Below, in pieces: positions 19,864-31,780 of a DNA stretch of 64,000 nt (position 1 is the first letter of the stretch; each line of letters starts with the position of its first letter). The notes under the pieces were generated by a model, which saw only the letters and a list, made by a program, of their open reading frames with translations, was not told the origin of the DNA and made no database searches. The translations under genes and the position numbers were made by a program. Source of the DNA: Hormiphora californensis (Eukaryota; Animalia; Ctenophora); the NCBI GenBank assembly GCA_020137815.1, contig CM035357.1:5828001-5892000 (forward strand), written 5' to 3'.

Positions 19864-20076
19864 AATGTTTATCGTCCACCATACACAACTAAGTCAAGAC
19901 TCACAGAGGCTACATTCCTATCTGAGTTCGGAGACTATCTTTCAGAACTTGTTATGAAGCAAGGTACTCCAATTATAGCAGGGGATCTGAACTTTCAGGT
20001 GCAGGACAAGAACAACTTCTACTCGAGGAAACTATTGGAGCTTCTAGATTCATTTGACCTTCAGCAAAGAGTTTCT
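19864..20076 (+). mobile_element. LINE (CR1/L2-type) AP-endonuclease fragment
   Basis: Translates NVYRPPY..FLSEFGDYLSELV..PIIAGDLNF..LLELLDSFDLQQRV (YRPP and GDxN motifs). Confidence 0.85.
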
Positions 20077-20089
20077 GTCTTCTGATAAT

Positions 20090-20203
20090 ATATCCGGTTC
20101 CTGGTAAGATAGAGACTTCATCCAGGGTGCATTAGAAAGGTCTTTATATTATCATTCGAATCCACTTAGGGTGAAGTCTCTATCTTAACAGGGACTAGAC
20201 TTA
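20090..20203. mobile_element. Small MITE, related to 31880-31995
   Basis: GGTTCCTGGTAAGATAGAGACTTCA pairs with TGAAGTCTCTATCTTAACAGGGACT; internal AAAGGTCTTTATATTATCATTCGAA is shared in inverted form with ~31925-31950. Confidence 0.6.
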
Positions 20204-21180
20204 TCGCAGAAATCTTTGAGGAAGGCGGAAGCCGAAGACCAGTGAAAAAACCTGAAAACTGCGCCGAAAAAGGCATAAAATCGAATATTTTAGCCGACCG
20301 CGCGGCATATTGGTCGGCGCGCTAAAATGCATCAACAATAATTTTCCGTCGCGCGTAACATTTTACCATGAGGACGCGCCGTTGCGCCGAAGTTGTGTGC
20401 TTTTTACAAAGAAAAGAGGTGAAAGCTAGTAATTACGTCCCCATGGTGTATAAATATCACCTCATGCCTTGCAAGGACTTGACACTCAATATCAGTATGA
20501 GTTACACGGTCGCTTGTAGTGGGAAAACGGTAATGGAAAACGGAGATACAGTAAGAGTCACATAGACAATTAAATTCTCTAAACGATGTACTTAGTTTCA
20601 AGTCGCTAACATAAAAACTAACAAGCTGCAATTCTTTGCATGTTGTCATTTTGTGCTAGTCGTTGTACTTGTCTATGCGACACTGGTGACAGACCCTGTA
20701 TCTGCGACAAAAGTGTCCAGTTTTGAGTTCTCTCTATTTAGAAAGGTCTCTTGAAGGAAGAGAAATTAGATTAACGCCAGGTGTCGGGGTGTCCTATTTG
20801 GACTCCAAATGACCCAAAAGTAAGAACTTTCGCATTTTCATCCAGTAATATTATGTTTCTCTCTGCATAAATATTATAGTATATGTAGAGATAGTCCACT
20901 GTCCAGCGACCAGCAGTGAGTTCATTTCTAACCACTCTGCCAAAGCTTACGCAACGTTCGTCTTTTTAAAAAGTTTTTGTCAATTTTGTCTTGTCTTTGT
21001 AATTGTATTGTCTAAGGCCAAGGATCGGGGTTTTCTGAGGCCAAGGTTACTCATATTTTGGGGCATTAACCTGAAGCGTACCAAGTCTCATATCACCCGG
21101 GTATTATTGACGGCTATAGCTCACTTTATAGGATAAAGCTTGTGTAAACATTGAATCCTATGTAAACATTGAATCCTATA

Positions 21181-21727
21181 TTGGCCACATTGATGCCTGA
21201 GTGAGATCGAAGTCGCGCAGCGACCGAGATCGATCTCACATCTAGGCCTCCGGCGCGTTATTGATTTTAGAGCAAACTTTTTCAAAGACCTGGCTGCAAG
21301 GAACTACTGAACCGATTTGCATCTCGTTTGTTGCTCCTGGCAGCTAATTGTCTCTAGTTTTACGGAAAATACCCGCGAGTATCAGCATTTGAGGAATAGT
21401 GGGTCAAAATTGACGCTAAACATGAGCAATTCTTTAAAGACCTGGCTGCAAGCTCCTACTCGGTCCTGAGACAATCTGCGGGTACTGGGTGAATCGTCAT
21501 GGCCTTGTGAGTATGGGAAAATACCCGCCGATTCATCACGATGCGAAATGAGGCCATAATTGACCTTTGAGTAGTGCTAGGTCAGCTAAAAAGGTCTCCA
21601 AAAACGGTCTATCACGCGCGATCTGCTGAAAACGTGCTTTATATCGCGCGCACGTGAGTTCTTGCTCTCAACGGGCCGGCATCCTATTATTCGCGGAGCG
21701 AGAATAGGATGCGATGGATCCAAAATC
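21181..21727 (+). mobile_element. Hairpin-terminated repeat, Helitron/HINE-like
   Basis: 5' hairpin GTGAGATCGA..TCGATCTCAC, internal direct repeat AAAGACCTGGCTGCAAG, 3' hairpin GCATCCTATT..AATAGGATGC. An ends-only copy sits at 22677-22721. Confidence 0.5.
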
Positions 21728-22113
21728 CTATATATTATTATTTATTATGATCAGTTTTTATCAATCTAAATGACCGACCAAGACAGACATGCAACAAGCG
21801 AATGGCCCTCCAATTTGCACTGTTCTCCCTTGAATTTTCAAGGGAGTTTTTACGGAGGGTTCCAGGCTATGCCATCTATACCCGGGTGGTATGAGACTTG
21901 GTACGCTTCAGCTTAATGCCCCAAAAAATGAGTAACCTTGGCCTCAGAAAACCCCGGTCCTTAGACAATACAAAGACAAGACAAAATTGACAAAAACTTT
22001 TTAAAAAGACGAACGTCGCGTAAGCTCTGGCAGAGTGGTTATAAATGAATTCACTGCTGGTCGCTGGACTATCTCTATACTATAATATTTATGAAGAGAG
22101 AAACATAATATTA

Positions 22114-22285
22114 CAGTCGGACCCCGATTTGACGGCACCCTCGGGGGAAAGGGTTTTGTCCGTTAAATCGGGGTGTCCGGTATATCGGGGTCAAATACCG
22201 TTAATTTCCTAGATCGGGGGAAATTTATCCTCCTGGTAAATCGGGGTTCCGGTAAATCGGGGCCCGGTAAATAGGGGTCCGACTG
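22114..22285. mobile_element. CAGTCGGACCCCGATTT MITE family, copy 2, TA target duplication (Tc1/mariner-type)
   Basis: TA|CAGTCGGACCCC...GGGGTCCGACTG|TA; the empty site is visible in the opposite arm at ~20845. Confidence 0.9.
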
Positions 22286-22508
22286 TACTGGATGAAAATG
22301 CGAAAGTTCTTACTTTTGGGTCATTTGGATTCCAATCGGGCATCGTTAATTAAATAAAATCTTTGTAAAAACAAAAAAGGAGACTCTGGCCCTTGGATTC
22401 AATGTTTAGATACAATGAAATAGTGTTTATTTAGGACTGTAGACGACTCGGAGATTTATTTCAGGAAAGATAATACGGGACGGGTTCGACGTTTAACGTC
22501 ATCATCAG

Positions 22509-22552
22509 CTCAAATTAATTTGTTTAAAGTAGTGTTGAAAAGTTTGAAACTT
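22509..22552 (-). other. Spliced-leader exon sequence with no GT donor (processed copy, not an SL RNA gene)
   Basis: Minus strand AAGTTTCAAACTTTTCAACACTACTTTAAACAAATTAATTTGAG matches the Pleurobrachia SL as I remember it; it is followed by CTGATG, not GT. Confidence 0.8.
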
Positions 22553-22922
22553 ATTGATTCAATGTTTATATAGGATTCAATGTTTACACAAGCTTTATCC
22601 TATAAAGTGAGATATAGCTCACTTCATAGGTATTGTTTTGCCTTTAGTTTACTCATTACTGTAGACTGATAATTCTTGGCCACATTGATGCCTGAGTGAG
22701 ATCGAGGATGCGATGGATCCAATGATAATTCTAGCCTCTTTGTACATGTGTTATACATTCTAGCTGCATCAGATGTTGATTAGAGTTACCTATGTCAGAC
22801 ACGATAATAATAATACCAGTTCCATTTTGAGTTTCTAACTGCACCCCCCAACTATTCCGGAACGTTATTAATTATTATCATTACTACTGATTACTGCTGC
22901 AGCAAGTTGTTGAGTACTCAGC

Positions 22923-24375
22923 ATGTCAGAGAAGCGAACCGTTCGATTGGAGGACCACTACTTGGCGGGGCCCTTTGCCAAACACTGGACTGTATACGTA
23001 GGGGAGAGCGATGTGTATGAGGTAACACGAGGCCCCGGTAAACCTTCCAGTACTAATAGTAGCTGGAGCGGCAGCAGTGGAAAAGATGCTTCAAAGTAAG
23101 TAATTCCCGGATTGCTGAAGCCAATCCCGTTTATTTGTCTAGTCTTGTGGAGTGAAATGATAGTATGGCACCTGTTTCTTCACACTAGATTGACGTGTAT
23201 AGGTCGTCAGTTATTCTTATCTAACTGCAGGATGTTTATCAACGAAGCAAGGGATGGGAGACCATCTAGACGAAGCTGGGCGAGAAGTGGAAATGCTATG
23301 ACACTAGTCGGTAAATATGTTTGACTCAAAAAAGTCCTACTCAATAAAAGTCCTAATTAACCTAGACACACAACCTAGACACACAACCTAAGTCCTAGGA
23401 TTTGTGTTGTCTGTTAATAGTTTTCGTATCATCGTAAGATAGTTTACAGTTTCTGTTCTTTTTTCGAACAACAGCCCCCCCCCCCCCCATCCAGGATCTA
23501 CCTTCAAGACAGACGATGAGATTGCAGCTTTCAACAGAGAATGGCTTTATAGAAACAGAGATTATGAGCTTCTTGATACAAACTGCCAGACTTATGCCCA
23601 GGAATTGTGCCAGTTTCTAGTCGGGGGAGCCTTCCAGATGCCCAATCTACCGCAAGTTGGCACTGATGCATGGGCCAGCGGACCTGGTGCGACTGCAACG
23701 GGGTAAGGAACCACGTGACACACAACACCATATATGGGCATCACGTGTTCCTCATTCTCTTTACCTGGGGTAAGGAACTGTGTGGCGGTGCCAGACCCCG
23801 ACAGTGCGCTCAGATGGGGTCTGCGGCGCCAGACAGGTAAGGAACACGATGTCTAATCTTCATTTCAATATCTACATCCATAAGTTCCCTAACAGTTTAC
23901 ACCTCAACTTCAGGACTGGCCCTATACGGTCTGCGAGAGCTACCGTTGGTAAAGCTGGTGCTCAGTGGAAATCACTCGGAGCAGAAGCTGAGGGGCCAAG
24001 TGCAGGGGCTACTGCCAGTAACGACATAAAGAATGGAAACTTTGGAGCTTTTTCAGAGGCTTCAGTTGGTCGTGCTGAGGTTAAGGGTCCTCTTGGGGTC
24101 AGGTAACCATGGCAACTATTGTTGAATCTTAGAGATGGGTCAGATAATACAAATATTTCGATAACAACCTTGACAGTAACTGAATTAATTTCACAAACCT
24201 TATGTTTCTTATTTATTACAGGGCCCGACTTGAGCCAAATTTGGACACGGGTCTTGGTGTACAGGGTGGTCAACTAAAAGCTAAGGTATTGGGCTTTGGG
24301 TTCAGCCTTGGGGGAGGTGGTATTGGGATCTCAACCCCTCTTGGCGGCCTTGGATTCGGCAACTCTGGAAAGTAG
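22923..24375 (+). CDS. Permuted NlpC/P60 (LRAT/PPPDE-like) domain fused to a Gly/Ala-rich domain. Exons 22923-23095, 23231-23310, 23495-23702, 23914-24102, 24222-24375
   Basis: Five exons joined by in-phase GT-AG introns give one ORF of ~267 aa: KHWTVYVG (His), YELLDTNCQTYAQELCQFL (NC nucleophile), then GKAGAQWKSLGAEAEGPSAGA..EASVGRAEV..LEPNLDTGLGV..KAKVLGFGFSLGGGGIGISTPLGG. Confidence 0.8.
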
Positions 24376-24750
24376 AACATTACTAGCTCACAGACAATTG
24401 AGAGACATTATATGATGATTTATTTCTGGTAGCAAGTGGTATTTTTTAAGATAAATAATATTATGACACGCATGTTTTTAATTTTTATCAACTGTGACGG
24501 TTAAAACTCAAATTTTAATTTTGTAGAAAACATTGAATATTCAAAGATGAATTAGCTGTAGTCCGATTTCTATAAAATTACAAAACAACAATATATCATT
24601 CCAACGTTAAATCAGTTAAAATTTGTTTCAAAAATAGTAAACATATGAATTGTCAGCATGGCTAAACAAACAACTTTCTGATGTCATTGTTTAGAACGGA
24701 AAATAAAATTTTGATATATCTACACATAAACAACTTTCTGCTATAACAGT

Positions 24751-26259
24751 TTACAGGGTGTCCCTTGGCACAAACTTCATTCTAAAATCAACAGGTTTTG
24801 AGATCAGGGCTTGGTATCGTTTCACGTTCTCGGGGCCGACAGTGTGTATATCATAGTGATAGAGAATCTTCAGGAGCGCCATCTTGAGTTCCGTTTGGGC
24901 AAACACTTGTCCAATGCAGTTGCGGCTTCCTGAGAAGGGTAGATGAGGGTGGTTAACATGTCGTTAAAGGTAGTTAACATGTCGTTAAGGGTGGTTAACA
25001 TGTCGTTAAAGGTGGTCAACATGTCGTTAAGGGTGGTTAACATGTCGTTAAGGGTGGTTAACATGTCGTTAAGGGTGGTTAACATGTCGTTAAGGGTGGT
25101 TAACAATTAACATGTCGTTAAGGGTGGTTAACATGTCGTCAAGGGTGGTTAACATGTCGTTAAGGGTGGTTAACATGTCGTTAAGGGTGGTTAACATGTC
25201 GTTAAGGGTATCGTGAAGGGTTATTTTTGCTAATTTTTTTGGATGCTGGTCACATTGAGACGGAAAAGCAACTCATACTGATGATTAGCAAACATCATAA
25301 TGATATAATCGCTTACCTGCACTGAATGGCATGTACGAGTAGGGGTCCCTGGTTCTACTTTTATCAGGAGTGAATCTCTCCGGTCTGAAGGTATCAGGGT
25401 CCTCCCAATACTCTGGCTTCTTGTGGATGGTGTCTATCAGAACCATGACAGCTGGAATCCGCTGGAATGGTCATTCCACCTATGGGAAAGAGGACGAGAT
25501 ATAGAACACCTGTGGAGACTGGGTTGTAATGTTCTAACCCGCCTTAGGGAATAGGGAATCTAGATCAAGCCCCTTTCTTGCGGGTAAGTATCCGTATCCC
25601 TAATTTAGGGGTGCGGTGAGAGAGGGTCGAGCATGGCACGAAGAGATTTGTCAAGATTTGTCAAAAGAGATATAATAGAGGTGGTAAATCATCACTCACC
25701 AACTTGGAGATCTTTGCTGGTTTGTCTGCCAATGTAAGGAACTGGGGGTCTCAGCCTCAGGCACTCCTTGACACACATTCCAAAGTGTGTCAAGGAGTTT
25801 ATCTCGGCCTGGGTTACATAATCAGTTCCGTTTGGTAGAAGTTCTCGAATCTCCTGGGGAGAAGAAGGTTTGGGTAAATGAAATGGTCGGGCAGATTTGG
25901 GCAGATTCCAACCTCTTGGAATGATTATCTCTAGTCATGTTCTAAAGAAATTTATCACCTCATGGAAGTAAAACTTCTTATCACAACAGAGAAATTAGGA
26001 GCAATTTGAAACTCTTACAAAACCGCCACTTCATCATTCTAAACAGTGCACAGACGTGCAAAGACTCCAAATTTACCTTACAACACTTCTCAAGGTGATC
26101 GCGATGTTGAGACAGTAGGAAGAGAGACCATGAGATCCCACTGGCTGTTGTGTCGTGTCCCTTCAAATATGAATACATTGATCTCCTCTAGAACATCAGC
26201 CATGGACAACATTGTGCCATCCTCATACCTGTGAAACAATAACAAGTGAATAATATGCA

Positions 26260-26297
<38 letters not shown>

Positions 26298-26311
26298 GAG
26301 AGAGAGAGAGA

Positions 26312-26404
<93 letters not shown>

Positions 26405-29400
26405 TGTGTGTGTGTGTGTATGGGGATATATTCTAAGTCAGTATTGGAGGATTGTATTACGCCCGCTGTACCTGCGATGTCACAGAAAGGGAGTGATATG
26501 ATTTGGCATGTTCCTTGCCTTCGGCCCGGTGTGTGTTTACGTGAGCGTAAGCGAGGCGCTTAAAGTGCCGAACAGACAGACTGCGTAGCATGGCAAGATA
26601 TGATTGAAATATGACATGAAAACATAATGAAAGAAGTTGCATAACGACAGTTTGTTGTTGGAATCACTTTCAGTAGACTCATTCTGTGGATTTTACCGTT
26701 TATTAATGAGGACATCCAGGAAGTTTTGTCGGGATGGATCAGTCAGAATATCAGGGTCCTCTTCGTATTTCATCTTCCTATCTTCTATTATCTTGATGCT
26801 CACCTCCCTGAACCTCTTTGTCAGCTTCCTGCGGTGAAACATAGTTCATTCTTAGTATCAAACAGGAGAGTACTTGCTTTACTCGACCCTATCTCCCCGT
26901 GGAACAAAACAAGTGGAATACATTGGGGGCCCTGATCATATATATAGTGAGGGCTCCCAATGATGATAAAGAAGAGGTCATAACCAAGGAGATTTAGCAG
27001 CTGAAACATACTCCCTCGGGCCTCGACCCTCCGTTGTGAAACATACTTTGTGAAACATACCTGTACTTCCCTCCGATGGGGGACATGTGAAATGTTGGGT
27101 CCAAGAAATGTGGAGGATGAAATATTCTTCCCACGACTATCTCTGATATCCTGAGGAGAAATAATGAGATATAATAATGAGATAATGAGATATTAGATAT
27201 AATCGCCAAGGTATGACATGTCGCGATGAATTGTCAAACATGTGCCTGTGACTTCCGGTAGAGAAAGAAAGAGAGAGGTTATATATATGGATCGACATGA
27301 GTGCGCCAGAGTGGCAAAGAGGGGAAGATCAGAATTCAGACAGAGAGAAATAATCATGACTTTTTGTTTTCTTTAACTTACTGGTACATTAGGTTGGCGT
27401 ACTCCCCGCACTCCGTTTGGCAATCACTCTGATGGTCAACAAGGCACCGCAATATCGTATCAAGGGTGAGGGAGAGTGCCCGAGGAAACACCTCAATATC
27501 ACCTCCATCATCTGACAAAAAGATAATCTGTTTGGTGTGTGTGTGTGTGTGTGTGTTCGGTACCTCCCGTCGTTCCACCCCATGCTGAGGTTATTGATGA
27601 CCCCTCAGCCGGCCCGTTACTGACCTCACTCCTTGCCAGATGACCCCCACACACAGGGTCACTGTCGGTATGATTCCACTTAGATTCCACTGGTTTCCCA
27701 GCAGTCTCTTTGTGGTACCGCAAAAGGAGCATGCGAGTCTGTGTCGGGTTTGGCACGGAGAAATCTTTCCCCGCAGACATGTGATGGGACTTACCTTCCG
27801 ATTGGATGGTCTTTGGTTACCACTGTCACGACAACTGTGGAAGTAGGTGATTTGCCGGATATCATTGATTACCTATCAAGGGATTAAATGCTTATCTTTA
27901 CACCAGGGGTCTTGTAGTCTAAGCTAGCTAGTAATGTATTCACAAGTACGACCCAAGGGTCCGGTCAGGCGATGTTGCCATCGCCGGGTGGCCAGGTTAT
28001 AGATTAGTTGCTGTAAAACAACGTCTATGGTTGTCCCTGAGTGCATTTGACCAGTATCAGTTCACTCAAGGCTTCGCGTAATTAATGCGAGGAGTCTCAG
28101 TGTAAGCGTGTCTGCTATTTGAATAAGGGTACCATTGTTTAAGTGTCCCAAACTGTAATGGGCTTTTCCCTGACTACTAAAGGGTCTTTCAGATTTGTAG
28201 GTTTGTCACTTGCCTTGTTTTGGGGTGTGCGTGTCTGAGGCTCGGTGATTTGTTGTAGGTGTGGAGATCACGCATGTGCGGAGCTTGGGATTAGGGGGGG
28301 GGGTAGGGTGTGTCTGAGGAGTCTAGAACTTGGGCTTGGAACTGTGCGCGCAGTTTGTTCGGCCTGGTCGGACTTTGTTCACCATGGCGTTTTCGCGCGT
28401 TACGTTTGAAATAGTGGTAGGGTAAGTTATTTTGTGTCTAGATCTGTTTTTTGGAACAAATAGGGTGTGGGGGTTAAATAGGCAGAGGTTTTTAGGTGCA
28501 AATTTGGGCAGGGGTTCCCCAGGGGCGACCAGCCCCTACTTGGTTATTACTGGGTTTATCTCTGCCCTGTCATAAAGACAGCCATGGGCAAGAGAGCTGT
28601 TTTGCAGGCGACAGCAGCCGGGTCGACGGGCAGAGCCCTCAGGGGTTGCTGTATATAGCGGGGTTGACGTGAGTCAGAATTGAAAATATCCAGAAGTTGT
28701 CTGGACGTCCGTAGTCATTTAGCCGTCACTCTCTCAGAACTCTCTCTAACTCGCTCACCCACTCTCTCTCTCCCTTAACAGATTGACGTTACCAGGATGG
28801 ACCACGCGGAGGTGGACTGAATCGGACTTGTTATGTGAGAGGTGGAAGTTACCAGCAACGACACAAGCAGAAGCCCCCACGGCGCGGAAAACACCGCAGG
28901 AGCCTCCACTACACACATCCCATAACCATTACCATCCCAATCTGTTTGGTGTGTTCCAAACCCCACAGGCCGGGGGGGGGTCATGACCTTATTGGTTGGA
29001 CGCCATGCCAAAATGCTTGCATACCCCAACCCCCACCCCCCACACAGCTGCCACAACTAACAAGACACACATACGATTTCAAAGTGTCAACGAACCTTTT
29101 CTTAGAAGATCAACCATCGTGTTGGTAGTTTCATTAAAAATGTCAATGTAGCTCTTCAAGATATCAAAGTGAAAAGAGGGAGTTAGAAGTTTCCTCCGTT
29201 TAAACCACTTTTCACCATTTGAAAGAAGGAGTCCTTCACCGAGCCACTTAGTTGCGAACCTGGAAGGTAAATCCGATAAAATTATGCTCGACCCCCTTTT
29301 CGCTTTGTTACTTGTTATGTTCTAACCCTCCTTTACATTTGTAGGCAACTTTTCGCAAACAAAACAAACTAAATATAAATATTCACAAAAACAGTTGAAG

Positions 29401-30101
29401 GACTGCAATCCTCACTAACAGACACGGTTTATCTTCTCCGTGAGGGTTACAACATAACAAGTTATATCACGTCAGGGCACCTACATATAGAGCCAAGTTT
29501 TGCTGGATTTTGACTTGAACACTGCCTTCGCAACTTCAACGTCTGACGTTACAAGAAACCATCTTATGCCCAACCTGTATGAAAATACTTTGTTGTTGAG
29601 TGGCATTATAACAGTTAGTGTGATAGGGGAGCAGAATAGATTTTCAATATAGATTGTCAATATAGAGTTGAACAACTGGTTCCAAATACCAACTATTATG
29701 ATCGCAATAATCAATAGCATGTGTACAAACATATGTTTCATATTATTCATCATCACCTGAATCTAAATGTGGGGTATTTTCTCCCCGTTGCTATAAACCA
29801 CTCAGCGCCTTCATTGCCGTACATGGGAGCTCCATTGGCCAAGTGTGCATGCCCCATAATCAAACTACCCGCTGCAAGGGATATTAACGATTAAAATCAG
29901 ATGCTTCGGGCGGGGAAAATTAACCTTACCTAATGGCCTATCGGAGAAGGAATTATCTAGGTTCTTTTTACAGAAAACTTTTAGCTTACCAGGCGGGCAG
30001 GGTATTGATTTATCTCTCAGTATTCTGCCATGAGAAGAGAACCACCAGTTAATTAAACTTACAAAAACCACCGCTATCAGCACCAGGAAAATTGAAAACA
30101 T
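24751..30101 (-). CDS. Cytochrome P450, CYP4 clan, ~11 exons, two apparent 1-bp insertions
   Basis: N-terminal anchor then PCPP; WLGEGLLLSNGEKWFKRRKLLTPSFHFDIL; I-helix FEGHDTT (broken ~26160); ECLRLRPPVP; FRPERF; PFSAGSRNCIG heme motif; stop at 24751. Confidence 0.9.
24946..25208. repeat. 21-bp tandem repeat GGGTGGTTAACATGTCGTTAA (~12 copies) beside the last CYP acceptor
   Basis: Seen directly; each unit contains the inverted pair TTAAC..GTTAA. Confidence 0.95.
26265..26420. repeat. (AG)n followed by (TG)n microsatellite
   Basis: Seen directly. Confidence 0.98.
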
Positions 30102-30212
30102 TTCTGTGCTAAAAAAGAGAAGTGGAAGAATTTAGTAGTTGGTTGGACGTCGATAACTGCATGAAAGACACAGGAGCAACAAGCATAATAAATTTCAGTC
30201 TTTAAGTTTAAA

Positions 30213-31780
30213 CGAATCACACCCGCAGTACCAATACCTCCTGTACCAATACCTCCAGTACCGAATAGGTACTGGACGTATTGGTACAGAGGGCAGAAAG
30301 GAGGGGTCAAATGCCCTGTGTACCAACGATAGGTTAATGAGATCTCGTTGGTACACAGGGCATTTGACCCCCCTATTTCACCCTCTGTACCAACGAGTAC
30401 ATACCAACCGTACCAATATGACATTCATGGTGAATATTGGCAGACACTGATTGTATACCAGGTGCGAAGAGGACAGTCTTATATGAGACAACTAGGTGAA
30501 TAGTATGTAAAAATACTGTTTAATTGGAAATTTATTTAGCCGAATGGTAGTTGCATAGATCTCGAACTTGGGTTAACTCATTGCAATAGAATTGCTATTA
30601 ACCAGCTCGACTCCAAAGCTAATTAACTGTATAAAATTGGACTAGACGCGATCCGGTATCATTGTGGTATGTGAAATTATGTTGGAACCATGTCACAATA
30701 TTGACTAGACGCGATCCGGTATCATTGAACCACCTTCCCAGTTTGCTGATTATGATAGCCTAAGTAAGCGTTACAGTCAATCCTAGCCCTACTTTTGACG
30801 TTGCATCGATTTTGGAGTTAGATGCTGAATCACCTTCAGTGCCGATTTCAGATGATTATTCTGCTACTTCTGCCGCTAACGAACATCGTAAGTGTTTACT
30901 TTCTTATCACTCCAATTTGAATCCACCCTCCCCCCATAGCATACGCCCTTAGCTTCGGTTAGTTGGACTTGGTGTTAGCGTACAGCTCCTCGGGTTGCAG
31001 TGTGTAACTCCAATTAGCAATACGAGATGGCCGATTGGGGCTTGGTCTTCGTGTAATAGCAAAGGCGCTCTCACTTTATGTGGCACAGTTAGCTACAGCA
31101 GTTACAGTTGAATTAAACAACTTCGTCTTTCAGTTGAAGAAGAACTTCCGCAAGACGATACTGTTAATGTCGTTCTTGGAAATAGCGGTGGGAAGCAATT
31201 AGCCGTTGAGGGACAACTTTTTGTGAGAGACGGGAAACCAAGAGCACTAAAGTCAGGAGCGTTAGTGGTATAATACTGGTACTGAAACAAAAAACGGACC
31301 CAAGGCTGCAAGGCTCGTTTGAGGACAACAGAACACTACGAAACGGAGGAGAGGAGCTCATTTCTTACTCCTATCCCATCACACCTACATCCATGACATG
31401 GTTCCAACATAATTTCACATATCACAATGATACCGGATCGGTTTGGAGTCGAGCTGGTTAATAGCAATTCTCTGGCAATGAGTTAACCCAAGTTCGATAT
31501 CTATGCAACTACTATTCGGCTAAATACATTTCAGATTAAACAGTATTTTTACATACTATTCACCATGAATGTCATATTGGTACGGTTGGTATGTACTCGT
31601 TGGTACAGAGGGTGAAATAGGGGGGTCAAATGCCCTGTGTACCAACGAGATCTCATTAACCTATCGTTGGTACACAGGGCATTTGACCCCTCCTTTCTGC
31701 CCTCTGTACCAATACGTCCAGTACCTATTCGGTACTGGAGGTATTGGTACAGGAGGTATTGGTACTGCGGGTGGGTACCG
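30213..31780. mobile_element. Foldback-type element with ~500-bp inverted arms, flanked by TTTAAA
   Basis: 30220-30437 is the revcomp of 31557-31772; 30495-30695 is roughly the revcomp of 31394-31562; GTACCAA subrepeats; TTTAAA at 30207-30212 and 31781-31786. Confidence 0.8.

Larger units (their letters stand above)
20797..22335. mobile_element. Composite element with ~310-bp inverted arms (20797-21107 and 21880-22335)
   Basis: Arms are near-reverse complements; the right arm is interrupted by MITE 22114-22285. Confidence 0.75.

Noticed and set aside
22509-22552. Functional SL RNA gene
   Set aside because: No GT donor or Sm-site region follows the leader.
24946-25208. 21-bp array as a CRISPR array, or the ORF (MLTTLND)n
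   Set aside because: No unique spacers and no cas genes; it is an intronic minisatellite in a eukaryote.
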